NCBI GenBank assembly: GCA_016213135.1
Contig: JACRBQ010000036.1
Span: forward strand, 25,010-89,009
Direction: 5' to 3'
From: Chloroflexota bacterium
Lineage (GTDB): Bacteria > Chloroflexota > Anaerolineae > Anaerolineales > VGOW01
Length of the DNA stretch: 64,000 nucleotides
Part shown: one piece after another, positions 53,324 to 62,980 of the stretch
Layout: each line of letters begins with the position of its first letter
Position numbering within the stretch: position 1 is the stretch's first letter
Translations under genes and position numbers: made by a program
The notes under the pieces: model-generated
What the model saw: only the letters and a program-made list of their open reading frames with translations
Database searches by the model: none
What the model was told of the DNA's origin: nothing

Positions 53324-53830
53324 ATGACCGAAGTCGAATCGTTCCGCGCCGAGAAAGACAAATTTTTTGGCAAAGACCCGCACAGCCCATTGACGCCGGA
53401 CCAGAAGCGGCATTTTCGCGGCCTCAACTATTTCCCCGAAAATCCTGCATTGCGGCTCGCAGTCGCCGTCGAGGAATACGCCCGGAAGGAAGTCGTGAGT
53501 ATGCAAACTTCGACCGGCGCTCTTCAGACGTACAAGCGCTATGGCCGATTCAAGTTTTCAGTAGAAGGGCAGGAGGCCGAATTGACGATTTACTCCGGCG
53601 AGCACGGTTTCTTCCTGCCGTTTGTGGATGCGCTGGCCGATACCGAAACTTACGGCGCAGGGCGATACCTCGAACCGGAACCGTTGGGCAAAGGCAAATT
53701 CCTCGTGAACTTCAACCATGCTTACAACCCGTTCTGCGCCTATAACGAGAATTATTCGTGCCCGATTCCGCCGCGCGAGAATCGATTGAAGGTTGCGATT
53801 CGCGCCGGCGAGAAGATATTTCACAAATGA
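53324..53830 (+). CDS. DUF1684 domain protein
   Basis: FRAEKDKFFGKDPHSPL and NHAYNPFCAYNENYSCPIPPRENRL. AAAGGAG Shine-Dalgarno before ATG 53324. Confidence 0.75.
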   Translation: MTEVESFRAEKDKFFGKDPHSPLTPDQKRHFRGLNYFPENPALRLAVAVEEYARKEVVSMQTSTGALQTYKRYGRFKFSVEGQEAELTIYSGEHGFFLPFVDALADTETYGAGRYLEPEPLGKGKFLVNFNHAYNPFCAYNENYSCPIPPRENRLKVAIRAGEKIFHK

Positions 53831-54882
53831 AACCCGGGCTGGTGGTTCTTCTGGGCTCCGGCGAAACTTCATCCATCGGCGGCCAGGCATTTGAGTCCGT
53901 CGTGCGCCAACTTCCGGCGGCGCCCCGCATAGCCGTTTTGGAAACACCCGCCGGATTCGAACTGAACTCCGCGGTGGTGGCCGGCCGCGTGGCCGACTTT
54001 CTGAGCCAGCGCTTGCAGAATTACCGTCCAGAAATCTCGGTTATTCCCGCGCGCAAACGAAATACACAGTTCAGCCCGGACTCTCCAGAATTGATCCGCC
54101 CGCTGTTGAAAGCAAACCTGATCTTCATGGGGCCTGGCAGCCCCTCGTACGCCGTGCGCCAACTGCAAAACAGCCTGGCCTGGCACTCGTTGATTGCCCG
54201 CCACCGATTGGGAGCCGCCGTCGTATTGGCCAGCGCCGCAGTGGCGGCGATCAGCGCATACGCATTGCCGGTCTACGAAATCTACAAAGTCGGCGACGAA
54301 CTCGGCTGGCGTCCGGGGTTGGATTTCTTTGGAGCGTACGGCCTGCCGTTGGTCTGCATTCCTCATTGGAACAATGCCGAAGGCGGCGCGACCTTGGATA
54401 CCAGCCGTTGCTTCATGGGCCAGGAACGCTTTGCCCAACTTGTGGCGTTGTTGCCGCGAGAAATGACGATTGTCGGGATTGACGAACACACGGCGCTGGT
54501 CGTGGACTTGTCATCCATGCAATGCCAGGTACTGGGGCATGGCGGTGTCACCGTGATCAAGGACGGTCGCGAGCAAAAGCACGCCGCGCAGGAGAATTTT
54601 CCGCTCGCCGTTCTGGGGGAAGCGCGGCACGCTTCGCGTGAACCCTCCTCGGGCCTGCCGGCGGCGGTGTGGGAAGGAGCGTTGGCGGCTCAAGCCGAGC
54701 CGGCCCCGCCCGCCGCGCCGCCGGAAGTGATCACGCTCATGGAGCAACGGCAGATTTCCCGCGACCAACGAGACTGGGCAAGGGCAGATCATTTACGGGA
54801 GCAAATCGCCGCCTATGGATGGATCGTCGTGGACACGCGCGAAGGGCCGCATTTGGAGCCTGCCGTTGGAGGACGACTGTAA
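53827..54882 (+). CDS. Fusion protein: peptidase-S51/GATase1-like N-terminal domain + CysRS-C-terminal-like helical domain (weak call)
   Basis: VVLLGSGETSSIGG and IFMGPGSPSY at the N-terminus. The C-terminus LMEQRQISRDQRDWARADHLREQIAAYGWIVVDTREG resembles the C-terminal extension of cysteinyl-tRNA synthetases. Confidence 0.4.
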   Translation: MKPGLVVLLGSGETSSIGGQAFESVVRQLPAAPRIAVLETPAGFELNSAVVAGRVADFLSQRLQNYRPEISVIPARKRNTQFSPDSPELIRPLLKANLIFMGPGSPSYAVRQLQNSLAWHSLIARHRLGAAVVLASAAVAAISAYALPVYEIYKVGDELGWRPGLDFFGAYGLPLVCIPHWNNAEGGATLDTSRCFMGQERFAQLVALLPREMTIVGIDEHTALVVDLSSMQCQVLGHGGVTVIKDGREQKHAAQENFPLAVLGEARHASREPSSGLPAAVWEGALAAQAEPAPPAAPPEVITLMEQRQISRDQRDWARADHLREQIAAYGWIVVDTREGPHLEPAVGGRL

Positions 54883-54984
54883 GAATTCGCCGTTGAGGCG
54901 CGTCTACAGGGTTAAGGGCACACGAGACTCATTCTCGCCTCTCCGGAAGCCCCGCAGCCAGTGCAATACAGAAAGAGGCGCGCC

Positions 54985-55278
54985 ATGTTGATTAGAAGCA
55001 AGCGGAAGAATCGCAAATTGAAAGTGACCTTCACCATGCCGGCCATCGAAAGCTGCCGGCAGTTGTTTCTTGTCGGTGACTTCAACGAGTGGCGCGAAAC
55101 CGCCACGCCGATGAAACAAGCAGAGAACGGCGTGTGGTCGGTGACGCTCGACCTGGAGCCGGATCGCGAGTATCAATATCGGTACTTGACCGACGATCGG
55201 GCCTGGCACAATGACTGGGCCGCCGACGAATATACGCCCAACCCCTACGGCTCGCATAATTCGCTTATCCTGACATAA
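54985..55278 (+). CDS. Small CBM48/E-set (glycogen-binding-type) domain protein
   Basis: VTFTMP...LFLVGDFNEW...WSVTLDLEPDREYQYRYLTDDRAWHNDWAADEY. Confidence 0.7.
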   Translation: MLIRSKRKNRKLKVTFTMPAIESCRQLFLVGDFNEWRETATPMKQAENGVWSVTLDLEPDREYQYRYLTDDRAWHNDWAADEYTPNPYGSHNSLILT

Positions 55279-55282
55279 CCTC

Positions 55283-57304
55283 ATGCCACGTGACTTGCCT
55301 CTTGGAAACGGCAGCCTGCTGGTTGCCTTTGACGGAAACTATCAAATTCGCGAGCTGTACTGGCCGCACGTCGGCCAGGAGAATCACTCGCTCGGCCACC
55401 CATTTCGGATGGGCGTCTGGGTGGACGGCCGGTTCCACTGGCTGGACGATAGCCGGTGGGAACGCGATCTGCGCTATGCCCACGAAACGCTAGTCAGCGA
55501 GGTCGCCCTGAAGCATCCCGCTTTGAATCTGACACTGGCGGTCTCGGATGCGGTGGACTTTCACGAGAATCTGTTGGTTCGCCGATTCGACATTTCCAAC
55601 CCGGCGGATCACGCTCGCGAAGTGCGTCTGTTCTTCCATCACGATTTTCACATCTCCGGCAACGAGGTGGGCGACACCGCCTACTATGAACCGGAGCGGC
55701 GGGCGGTGTGCCATTACAAAGGCGCGCGCTGGTTCCTGGCAAACGGCGCGGTCGCGCTCGCCGTGGGCGACGCCGGCCCCGGCTGGACGCCCGCGCCGGA
55801 CACGGCCCCGGGACTCGTTGTCGGCGTGCACCAGTGGGCCTGTGGCATTAAGGAAATCCACAACCTTCAGGGCACCTGGCGCGACGCCGAGGACGGGCAG
55901 CTTTCGGGCAACGCCGTGGCCCACGGCTCGGTGGATTCGTGCGTTGGCTTCGGAGTCAACATCCCGGCCGGCCAGACCCGCACGATCTACTACTGGCTGG
56001 CCGTCGGCCCGGACTTCGAATCCGTCACCCGCCTCAACCGGATGGCGCGGCAACGCGGGCCGGAGAGTTTCCTCCGCCGCACGCACGATTACTGGCACTT
56101 GTGGCTAAACGCCCATCGGCCCGATCTGAACGGCCTGCCGCATGGGGTATGCGACCAATATCTCACCAGCCTGCTGATCATCCGCACTCAGGTGGACAAC
56201 GGCGGCGCGATCCTGGCCGCCAACGACAGCGATATTTCCTCCAACGTGCGCGACACGTACAGTTATGCCTGGCCGCGCGATGGCGCGCTCGTCGCCCGCG
56301 CCCTCGACCTGGCCGGCTACTCTGACCTGGCCCGCGCCTTCTACCAGTTCTGCGCCTGCGCGCTCTCCCGCGAGGGCTACCTGTTGCACAAATACAACCC
56401 CGACGGCACGCTGGCCTCGAGCTGGCACCCGTGGTATCGCGATGGCCGCAAAGACGTGCCGATTCAGGAAGATGAAACTGCGCTCGTGCTCTGGGCGCTC
56501 TGGGAGCACTTCGCCCGTTACGGCGACATCGAGTTCACCAAACCGCTCTACCGGGCGCTCATCGCTCCGGCCGCCGATTTTCTCGCCCGCTATCGCGATC
56601 CTGAAACCGGCCTGCCTCTGCCGAGTTATGACCTGTGGGAAGAACGATACGGCGTGCTGGGCTGGACGACGGCGGCGGTGTGGGCCGGGCTGACGGCGGC
56701 GGCCAATTTCGCGGAGGCGTTCGGGGAAACCGATCGGGCGGGACGCTATCGGCAGGCGGCCGGTGAGCTGAAAGCGGGCCTCGAAGCGCATCTCTGGCGG
56801 CCGGAGTTGAATCGTTTTGCGCGCATGATCTACCGCGCCGCTGATGGGCGATGGGAGGTGGACGGCACGCTGGACGCCTCGCTCGTTGGACTGTGGCAGT
56901 TTGGCATGTACCCGCCGGATCATCCGAAGATCGTTGCCACCATGCAGGCCATCCGCGAACGGCTGTGGGTGAAGACCGAGGTGGGCGGCGTAGCGCGCTA
57001 CGAGAACGACTACTACCATCAGATCAGCCAGGACATCGGCAACGTGCCCGGCAACCCCTGGTTCATCTGTACGCTGTGGCTGGCGGAGTGGCACGCGGCC
57101 ACCGCGCGAACCGCCGAGGATCTGAAACAATCGCTGGCGCTGATCGAGTGGGCCGTACAGCGGGCCTTGCCCAGCGGCGTGCTGGCCGAGCAAGTGCATC
57201 CGTATTCCAACGCGCCGCTTTCCGTTAGCCCGCTCACCTGGAGCCATGCGGGGTTTGTGACCACCGTGCAGGCCTATCTGCGTGCCGGACAGCGCCTGGC
57301 CTGA
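55283..57304 (+). CDS. Glycoside hydrolase family 15 (glucoamylase/glucodextranase-related)
   Basis: Length and blocks match: DTYSYAWPRDGALVARAL, EGYLLHKYNPDG, LPLPSYDLWEERYG, NPWFICTLWLAEW, LAEQVHP. Confidence 0.85.
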   Translation: MPRDLPLGNGSLLVAFDGNYQIRELYWPHVGQENHSLGHPFRMGVWVDGRFHWLDDSRWERDLRYAHETLVSEVALKHPALNLTLAVSDAVDFHENLLVRRFDISNPADHAREVRLFFHHDFHISGNEVGDTAYYEPERRAVCHYKGARWFLANGAVALAVGDAGPGWTPAPDTAPGLVVGVHQWACGIKEIHNLQGTWRDAEDGQLSGNAVAHGSVDSCVGFGVNIPAGQTRTIYYWLAVGPDFESVTRLNRMARQRGPESFLRRTHDYWHLWLNAHRPDLNGLPHGVCDQYLTSLLIIRTQVDNGGAILAANDSDISSNVRDTYSYAWPRDGALVARALDLAGYSDLARAFYQFCACALSREGYLLHKYNPDGTLASSWHPWYRDGRKDVPIQEDETALVLWALWEHFARYGDIEFTKPLYRALIAPAADFLARYRDPETGLPLPSYDLWEERYGVLGWTTAAVWAGLTAAANFAEAFGETDRAGRYRQAAGELKAGLEAHLWRPELNRFARMIYRAADGRWEVDGTLDASLVGLWQFGMYPPDHPKIVATMQAIRERLWVKTEVGGVARYENDYYHQISQDIGNVPGNPWFICTLWLAEWHAATARTAEDLKQSLALIEWAVQRALPSGVLAEQVHPYSNAPLSVSPLTWSHAGFVTTVQAYLRAGQRLA

Positions 57305-57334
57305 CTTTGCGCTGATGACAATGGAGAAAACCTC

Positions 57335-57631
57335 ATGATCAAGAAAATCTATTCCGAAACTGAGCCTTCGTGGCTGGTGACGTTCGAACTGCCGCCCGAG
57401 GTGAACGCGCAGACGGCCTGTCTGTGCGGAGAGTTCGACGAGTGGGACGAGACATCTCATCCAATGGAGCGCCGCGAGGACGGGAGTTTCACGCTGACCC
57501 TCTCGCTCCAGCCGGAGCGCCGTTATCGCTTCCGTTATTTGCTGGACGGCGAGCGATGGGAGAACGACTGGGCCGCCGACGCCTACGAGCCCAATCCGTT
57601 TGGGAGCGAAGATTCTGTGGTGCAATTGTGA
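57335..57631 (+). CDS. Small CBM48/E-set domain protein (paralogue of 54985-55278)
   Basis: VTFELPPEV...ACLCGEFDEW...FTLTLSLQPERRYRFRYLLDGERWENDWAADAY. Confidence 0.7.
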   Translation: MIKKIYSETEPSWLVTFELPPEVNAQTACLCGEFDEWDETSHPMERREDGSFTLTLSLQPERRYRFRYLLDGERWENDWAADAYEPNPFGSEDSVVQL

Positions 57632-58185
57632 CGAGGGCGCAACCGGGCGACCCGGCTCCCGACGTCACGCTGATGACGGTCGAAGGGCAGGCGGTGTCGT
57701 TGGCCAAAGCGTGGGGCGACGGGCAGAACGTTCTGCTGGTGTTCCTGCGACACCTGGGTTGACTGCCCTGCCGCGAGCATGTGGCACAGTTGTGCCGCCA
57801 CGTCGCCGAATTGGCCGCCTTGAATACAAAAGTAGTCGTGGTGTCGTTTGGTTCTTCGCCTTTGGGACGAGCCTGGCTCGATGAGACGCGGGAGCCTTTC
57901 ACGCTGTGGCTCGATCCAGAACGCGCCGCCTACCGCGCCTATGGCCTGGAACATTCGCTGCTTCGCTCGTGGGCGCCGCGTGTGTGGTGGCGTTATGCTC
58001 AATTGATGCTCACCGGTCGCAAATGGCGCGGCATTCAAGGTGACAGCGGCCAATTGGGCGGCGACTTCATCGTAGACAGGAACGGTGTCATCCATCTGGC
58101 TTACCGTAGTCACGATCCTACCGGCCGGCCGCCGGTGAGCCGAGTGCTGGATACTCTCAGGCGCCTCAATGGTGCCAGCAGATGA
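57628..58185 (+). CDS. Peroxiredoxin-like (AhpC/TSA_2, PRXL2/SelU-type) selenoprotein, second copy; in-frame UGA at 57760-57762
   Basis: GTG 57628 (GTGA overlap with the upstream stop) opens VTRAQPGDPAPDVTLMTVEG...LLVFLRHLG-U-LPCREH, in frame with track ORF 57781-58185. Its stop overlaps the glk ATG. Confidence 0.8.
57781..57798 (+). promoter_or_regulatory. Candidate bacterial SECIS stem-loop
   Basis: GUGGCAC-AGUU-GUGCCGC (7 bp including one G-U pair). Same AGUU loop and GCAC/GUGC core as at 16186-16199. Confidence 0.55.
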
Positions 58186-59186
58186 CCGACAACCATCGAT
58201 TGCTACTGGCTGGCGACATCGGCGGGACCAAGACAGCCCTGGCGCTATTCTCTTCGGACGCAGGTCCTCGCCGCCCCGTCGTGGAGGCGACGTTCCCCAG
58301 CGGCGCGTATGCCTCGCTGGAGGCGATCGTGGCGCAGTTTCTGGCCGGAAAAGAGGCGCGCCTGGCGCAGGCAAGTTTTGGCATCGCGGGGCCTGTGGTG
58401 GACTGCCAGGCTCAGGTGACCAACCTGCCCTGGCAGGTAGATAGACATGCCCTCAGCCAGGTCTTGCAGGCACCCGTGTTGTTGTTGAATGACTTGGAAG
58501 CCATTGCCCACGCCGTGCCTTCGCTGGCCGGCTCTGACCTGGTGACGCTCAACCCGGGCGAGCCGACGCCACGCGGCCCCGTGGCCATCATCGCACCGGG
58601 CACTGGTCTGGGCGAGGCCTTTCTGGTCTGGGAGGCAGGTCGCTACCGTCCGTATGCCTCGGAGGGCGGGCACGCCGATTTCGCGCCGACGACCCCCACC
58701 CAGGTCGAACTGCTGAGTTACCTCCTGGCTCGCTTTGGGCATGTGAGTTACGAACGCGTCTGCTCAGGACGTGGCTTGCCTAATCTGTACAGTTTTCTGA
58801 AGGATCACGGGCGCTTCGCAGAGCCAGGCTGGTTGCGCGAACAACTAGCGGCCGCAGACGATCCGACCCCGGTGATCGTACAGGCGGCGCTGGAGAAAAA
58901 GGCAGACCTGGGCGCAGCCGCACTGGACATGTTCGTCGCCATTCTTGGCAGTGAGGCCGGCAATCTGGCCTTGAAGGTGATGGCCACCGGCGGGGTGTAT
59001 CTGGGCGGCGGCATCCCGCCGCGCATTTTGCCTCGGCTGAAGGAGGCGGCTTTCATGCAGGCTTTTACACGCAAGGGGCGTTTTTCTGAGTTGCTCGCGC
59101 GCGTGCCCGTCCACGTGATTGCGAACCCGAGGGTGGCGTTGTATGGCGCGGCGTGCCACGGCTTGGAACAGCTGGCCGGGCTTTAG
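58182..59186 (+). CDS. glk: Glucokinase
   Basis: [41 protein letters not shown]. Confidence 0.88.
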   Translation: MTDNHRLLLAGDIGGTKTALALFSSDAGPRRPVVEATFPSGAYASLEAIVAQFLAGKEARLAQASFGIAGPVVDCQAQVTNLPWQVDRHALSQVLQAPVLLLNDLEAIAHAVPSLAGSDLVTLNPGEPTPRGPVAIIAPGTGLGEAFLVWEAGRYRPYASEGGHADFAPTTPTQVELLSYLLARFGHVSYERVCSGRGLPNLYSFLKDHGRFAEPGWLREQLAAADDPTPVIVQAALEKKADLGAAALDMFVAILGSEAGNLALKVMATGGVYLGGGIPPRILPRLKEAAFMQAFTRKGRFSELLARVPVHVIANPRVALYGAACHGLEQLAGL

Positions 59187-59223
59187 CGCACATGAAGTAT
59201 CACGAATCTTACAGGAGTCTTCA

Positions 59224-61227
59224 ATGACCGAGCTCGACCAACGTTGTATCAACGCTCTTCGCTTTCTTGCCGCCGACACGGTGCAAAAGGCCAAATCCGG
59301 CCATCCCGGCACGCCCATGGGCGCGGCGACACTGGCCTACGTGCTGTGGGATCGCTTTCTCAAGCACAATCCGGCGAACCCGAACTGGGCCGATCGTGAT
59401 CGCTTCATCCTTTCGCCCGGTCACGCCTCGGCGTTGCTCTACGCGCTATTGCATCTCACCGGGTACGACCTCTCGCTTGACGAGCTCAAGAATTTCCGGC
59501 AGTGGGGCAGCAAGACGCCCGGCCACCCAGAGCGCGGCCTGACGCCCGGTGTAGAGGTCACCACCGGCCCGTTGGGGCAGGGCTTCGCGCACGGCATTGG
59601 CATGGCCGTCGCCGAACGCTGGTTGGCCGAACATTACAACACCCCCCACTACGAGATCGTCAATCACCACATCTACGCCATTGTCTCGGACGGCGATCTG
59701 CAGGAGGGAGTCTCGGCGGAGGCCGCCTCACTTGCCGGAACATTGAAACTCGGCAAGGTGATTTATCTGTATGACGACAACGGCATCCAGATCGAAGGCA
59801 GCACCGACATTGCCTTTGACGAAGACGTAGGCCGCCGCTTCGAAGCCTATGGCTGGCACACCGTCGGGCCGATTGACGGGCACGATCCCGAGGCTATAGA
59901 CGCGGCCATCCGCGCCGGGCAGGCCGAAGCCGATCGTCCGACGCTGATCATCTGCCGCACGCATATTGGCTTTGGCGCGCCGACGAAACAGGACACGCCT
60001 GAGGCCCACGGCGAGCCGCTGGGCGAAGAGGAACTGCGCGCGGCAAAGACCGCCCTCGGCTGGCCCGCCGGGACCTCTTTCTACATCCCCGATGATGTGC
60101 TGGCTCATTTGCGCCGCGCGCTCGACCGGGGCGGCCAACGGGAGCGGGAATGGCAACGCCGCGTCCACGATTGGTGGCACGCCCACCCCGAACAGGCCGA
60201 GGATTTCGACCTCGCCACACGCGGCGAATTGCCGCACGGGTGGGACGCGGGACTGGCCGGCCTGTTCAAGCCGGGCGACAAACCGATGGCGACCCGCGAG
60301 GCCTCTGGCCGCGTGCTCAACGCGCTCGTCCCCCGTCTGCATGCGCTCACCGGCGGATCGGCTGACCTCGCGCCTTCGACCAAGACCACCCTCAAGGGTT
60401 ACGGCGACTTCGGCTTCCGCGAGTACTGCGGGCACAACATGCACTTCGGCGTGCGGGAACACGCGATGGGCAGCATTGTCAACGGCCTGGCCCTGCACGG
60501 CGGCGTTATTCCTTACGCGGCGACGTTCCTCGTCTTCTCCGACTACATGCGCCCGCCCCTCCGCCTCGCGGCGCTGATGGAACAGCGCGTGATTTTTATT
60601 TTCACTCACGACTCGGTCGGCATGGGCGAGGACGGCCCGACTCACCAGCCCATTGAACATCTGCTGTCCCTGCGCGCCATCCCTAACCTCACCGTGATCC
60701 GCCCGGCCGACGCCACCGAAACCGCCGAGGCCTGGCGCGCCGCCTTGCTCAACCGGCGCGGCCCGACCGTGCTGGCGCTCTCGCGCCAGAATCTCCCCGT
60801 GCTTGACCGGACGCAGTTGGCCCCCGCTGACGGCGTTCAGCGGGGCGGGTACATTTTGTGGGAATCCGGCGACTCGCCCGAAGTGATCCTGATGGGCACC
60901 GGATCAGAAATTCACATCGCGCTGGAGGCCGGTAAGAAACTGGCCGCCGAAGCCGTCAAAGTGAGAGTGATCTCCCTGCCGAGTTGGGAACTGTTCGACA
61001 AACAGCCGGACGACTATCGTGAGAGCGTTCTGCCGAAGGCGGTGCGGGCGCGCGTGGCAGTGGAGGCGGCCACCCCTCTTGGCTGGGAGCACTATGTGGG
61101 GCTGAATGGCGCGGTGGTTGGCCTCAATCATTTCGGCGCTTCCGCGCCCGCGCCGGTGCTGTATGAAAAATTCGGCCTCACCGCCGACAACGTCGCCGCG
61201 CAAACCAGACGGTTACTGGAAAGGTAG
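59224..61227 (+). CDS. tkt: Transketolase
   Basis: [52 protein letters not shown]. Start at [10 protein letters not shown]. Confidence 0.95.
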   Translation: MTELDQRCINALRFLAADTVQKAKSGHPGTPMGAATLAYVLWDRFLKHNPANPNWADRDRFILSPGHASALLYALLHLTGYDLSLDELKNFRQWGSKTPGHPERGLTPGVEVTTGPLGQGFAHGIGMAVAERWLAEHYNTPHYEIVNHHIYAIVSDGDLQEGVSAEAASLAGTLKLGKVIYLYDDNGIQIEGSTDIAFDEDVGRRFEAYGWHTVGPIDGHDPEAIDAAIRAGQAEADRPTLIICRTHIGFGAPTKQDTPEAHGEPLGEEELRAAKTALGWPAGTSFYIPDDVLAHLRRALDRGGQREREWQRRVHDWWHAHPEQAEDFDLATRGELPHGWDAGLAGLFKPGDKPMATREASGRVLNALVPRLHALTGGSADLAPSTKTTLKGYGDFGFREYCGHNMHFGVREHAMGSIVNGLALHGGVIPYAATFLVFSDYMRPPLRLAALMEQRVIFIFTHDSVGMGEDGPTHQPIEHLLSLRAIPNLTVIRPADATETAEAWRAALLNRRGPTVLALSRQNLPVLDRTQLAPADGVQRGGYILWESGDSPEVILMGTGSEIHIALEAGKKLAAEAVKVRVISLPSWELFDKQPDDYRESVLPKAVRARVAVEAATPLGWEHYVGLNGAVVGLNHFGASAPAPVLYEKFGLTADNVAAQTRRLLER

Positions 61228-61235
61228 ATGTTCGC

Positions 61236-61658
61236 ATGAGCGTTATTGCCCGAAGTTCAACCAATGTCCAGGTTGAAATCATCGCCGGCCGCCACCGCTT
61301 CATCGCTGATGAACCCCTCGGGGCGGGCGACGACGCCGGGCCGAACCCCTATGACCTGCTCTTGAGCGCGCTGGGCGCCTGCACCGTGATGACAGTGCAG
61401 ATGTATGCCCGACGCAAGAACTGGCCGTTGACCGGGGTGGAAGTCAGCCTGGACAATTACAAAGTTCACGCGCGTGACTGCGAAGATTGTGAGAGCAACC
61501 CGGATGCGCGCGTTGACATCATCGAGCGGCAGATCACGCTGCATGGCGACTTGACTGTAGAACAAACAGCCCGCTTGACCGAGATCGCCGAGCGGTGCCC
61601 CGTACACCGCACGTTGACGGGTGAGATCAAAATCCGCACGACGGTGAATGGATCATGA
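61236..61658 (+). CDS. OsmC-family peroxiredoxin-like protein
   Basis: NPYDLLLSALGACTVMTV and ERCPVHRTL (the two OsmC Cys positions). Confidence 0.8.
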   Translation: MSVIARSSTNVQVEIIAGRHRFIADEPLGAGDDAGPNPYDLLLSALGACTVMTVQMYARRKNWPLTGVEVSLDNYKVHARDCEDCESNPDARVDIIERQITLHGDLTVEQTARLTEIAERCPVHRTLTGEIKIRTTVNGS

Positions 61659-62980
61659 CGTCAATTACGCTTCAACCGTTGCTGGATCAGGCCAAAGATG
61701 TGCTACAGGGCAATTGGCTGGGGTATGCGACCAAGCCGGCGCCGCGCCTGTATCCGCATCAATGGAGTTGGGACGCGGCTTTCATCGCGATCGGTTACGC
61801 TCACTACGATCAGGCTCGCGCTCAGCAAGAACTCCTGGCGCTGTTTCGTGGTCAATGGACCAATGGCTTGCTGCCGCACATCGTCTTCAATCCGCAAGCC
61901 GGGGCTTATGAACCCGGCCCGGAATTCTGGCAGACGTCACGCTCGCTGCACGCGCCGCGCGAAGTGCAGACTTCCGGCATCGTGCAGCCCCCCATACACG
62001 CGACCGCGGTCTGGCATGTCTATCAACATGGCGCGGATCGGTCCGCTGGACTGGCCTTCCTGCGCGAGATGTATCCCAAGCTGTACGCCTGGCATGCCTA
62101 TCTGTACCGCGAGCGAGACTTACGCGGCGAGGGGTTGGTGTACATTCGACATCCTTGGGAATCGGGCCAGGACAATTCACCGATCTGGGATCGGTCCCTG
62201 GCGCGGCTGCAACTTATGCCGGCACAGGTGCCAACCTATCAGCGAGTCGACACCACCCTGGTCGCCGCCGATGAACGGCCTTCGTCCGCTGAGTACGATC
62301 GCTATGCTTACCTGGTCCAGCTGGCGTATGCCAACGATTACGATGAGGCGCGCATCCGGCAGGTCTGTCCCTTCCTGATCGAGGACGTGCTCTTCAATGC
62401 ACTGCTCGTGCAATCCGGCAACGATCTCGCCCAAATCGCGCTGGCCTTGGGCGAGAACCCATCGCCTTTTTCAGCCCAGGCAGCCCGCACGGCCGCGGCG
62501 CTGAACGCTCGCTTGTGGGATGAAGAGCATGCCATCTATTTCGATTACGATCTGGTCGAATCGGCGCCGATTCACGCCCACGTGGCGGCTGGCTTCTCGC
62601 CGCTGTTTGCGAATGTGCCGACGATGAAACAGGCGACGCGGATGTTGGACAAACTCAACCAGTGTGGTTTCTGCCCGTTGGACGAGCACTGTTATGCCGT
62701 GCCCAGCTACGACAAGCTGGAACCGGGCTTTGCCGGTCAGCGCTACTGGCGCGGACCGATCTGGCTCAACGTGAACTGGCTGCTCTACTGGGGCTTGCGG
62801 CGCTATGGCTTTGACGACTATGCGGCCCGCGTCAAAGAGGCCATGATTCTGCTGCCGCAGCGCGCCGGTTTCTATGAATACTTCGATCCCGACACCGGTC
62901 GGGGCCACGGCTCCGATCGCTTCTCGTGGTCGGCGGCCTTATTGATTGATCTGCTTTCTGAAGGAGGCGAATCATCATGA
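61655..62980 (+). CDS. GH63-like (MGH1-type; glucosyl-/mannosylglycerate-hydrolase-like) six-hairpin glycosidase
   Basis: LYPHQWSWDAAFIAIGY, RHPWESGQDNSPIWD, YWRGPIWLNVNWLLYWGL. Confidence 0.65.
   Translation: MTSITLQPLLDQAKDVLQGNWLGYATKPAPRLYPHQWSWDAAFIAIGYAHYDQARAQQELLALFRGQWTNGLLPHIVFNPQAGAYEPGPEFWQTSRSLHAPREVQTSGIVQPPIHATAVWHVYQHGADRSAGLAFLREMYPKLYAWHAYLYRERDLRGEGLVYIRHPWESGQDNSPIWDRSLARLQLMPAQVPTYQRVDTTLVAADERPSSAEYDRYAYLVQLAYANDYDEARIRQVCPFLIEDVLFNALLVQSGNDLAQIALALGENPSPFSAQAARTAAALNARLWDEEHAIYFDYDLVESAPIHAHVAAGFSPLFANVPTMKQATRMLDKLNQCGFCPLDEHCYAVPSYDKLEPGFAGQRYWRGPIWLNVNWLLYWGLRRYGFDDYAARVKEAMILLPQRAGFYEYFDPDTGRGHGSDRFSWSAALLIDLLSEGGESS

Noticed and set aside
9772-58185. In-frame TGAs explained by an alternative genetic code (UGA = Trp or Gly) or by pseudogenes
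   Set aside because: Many well-supported genes in the window terminate at TGA. All recoded TGAs sit exactly at the first Cys position of CxxC-type motifs and are followed by hairpins. Six of the seven are otherwise intact. Selenocysteine is the consistent explanation.
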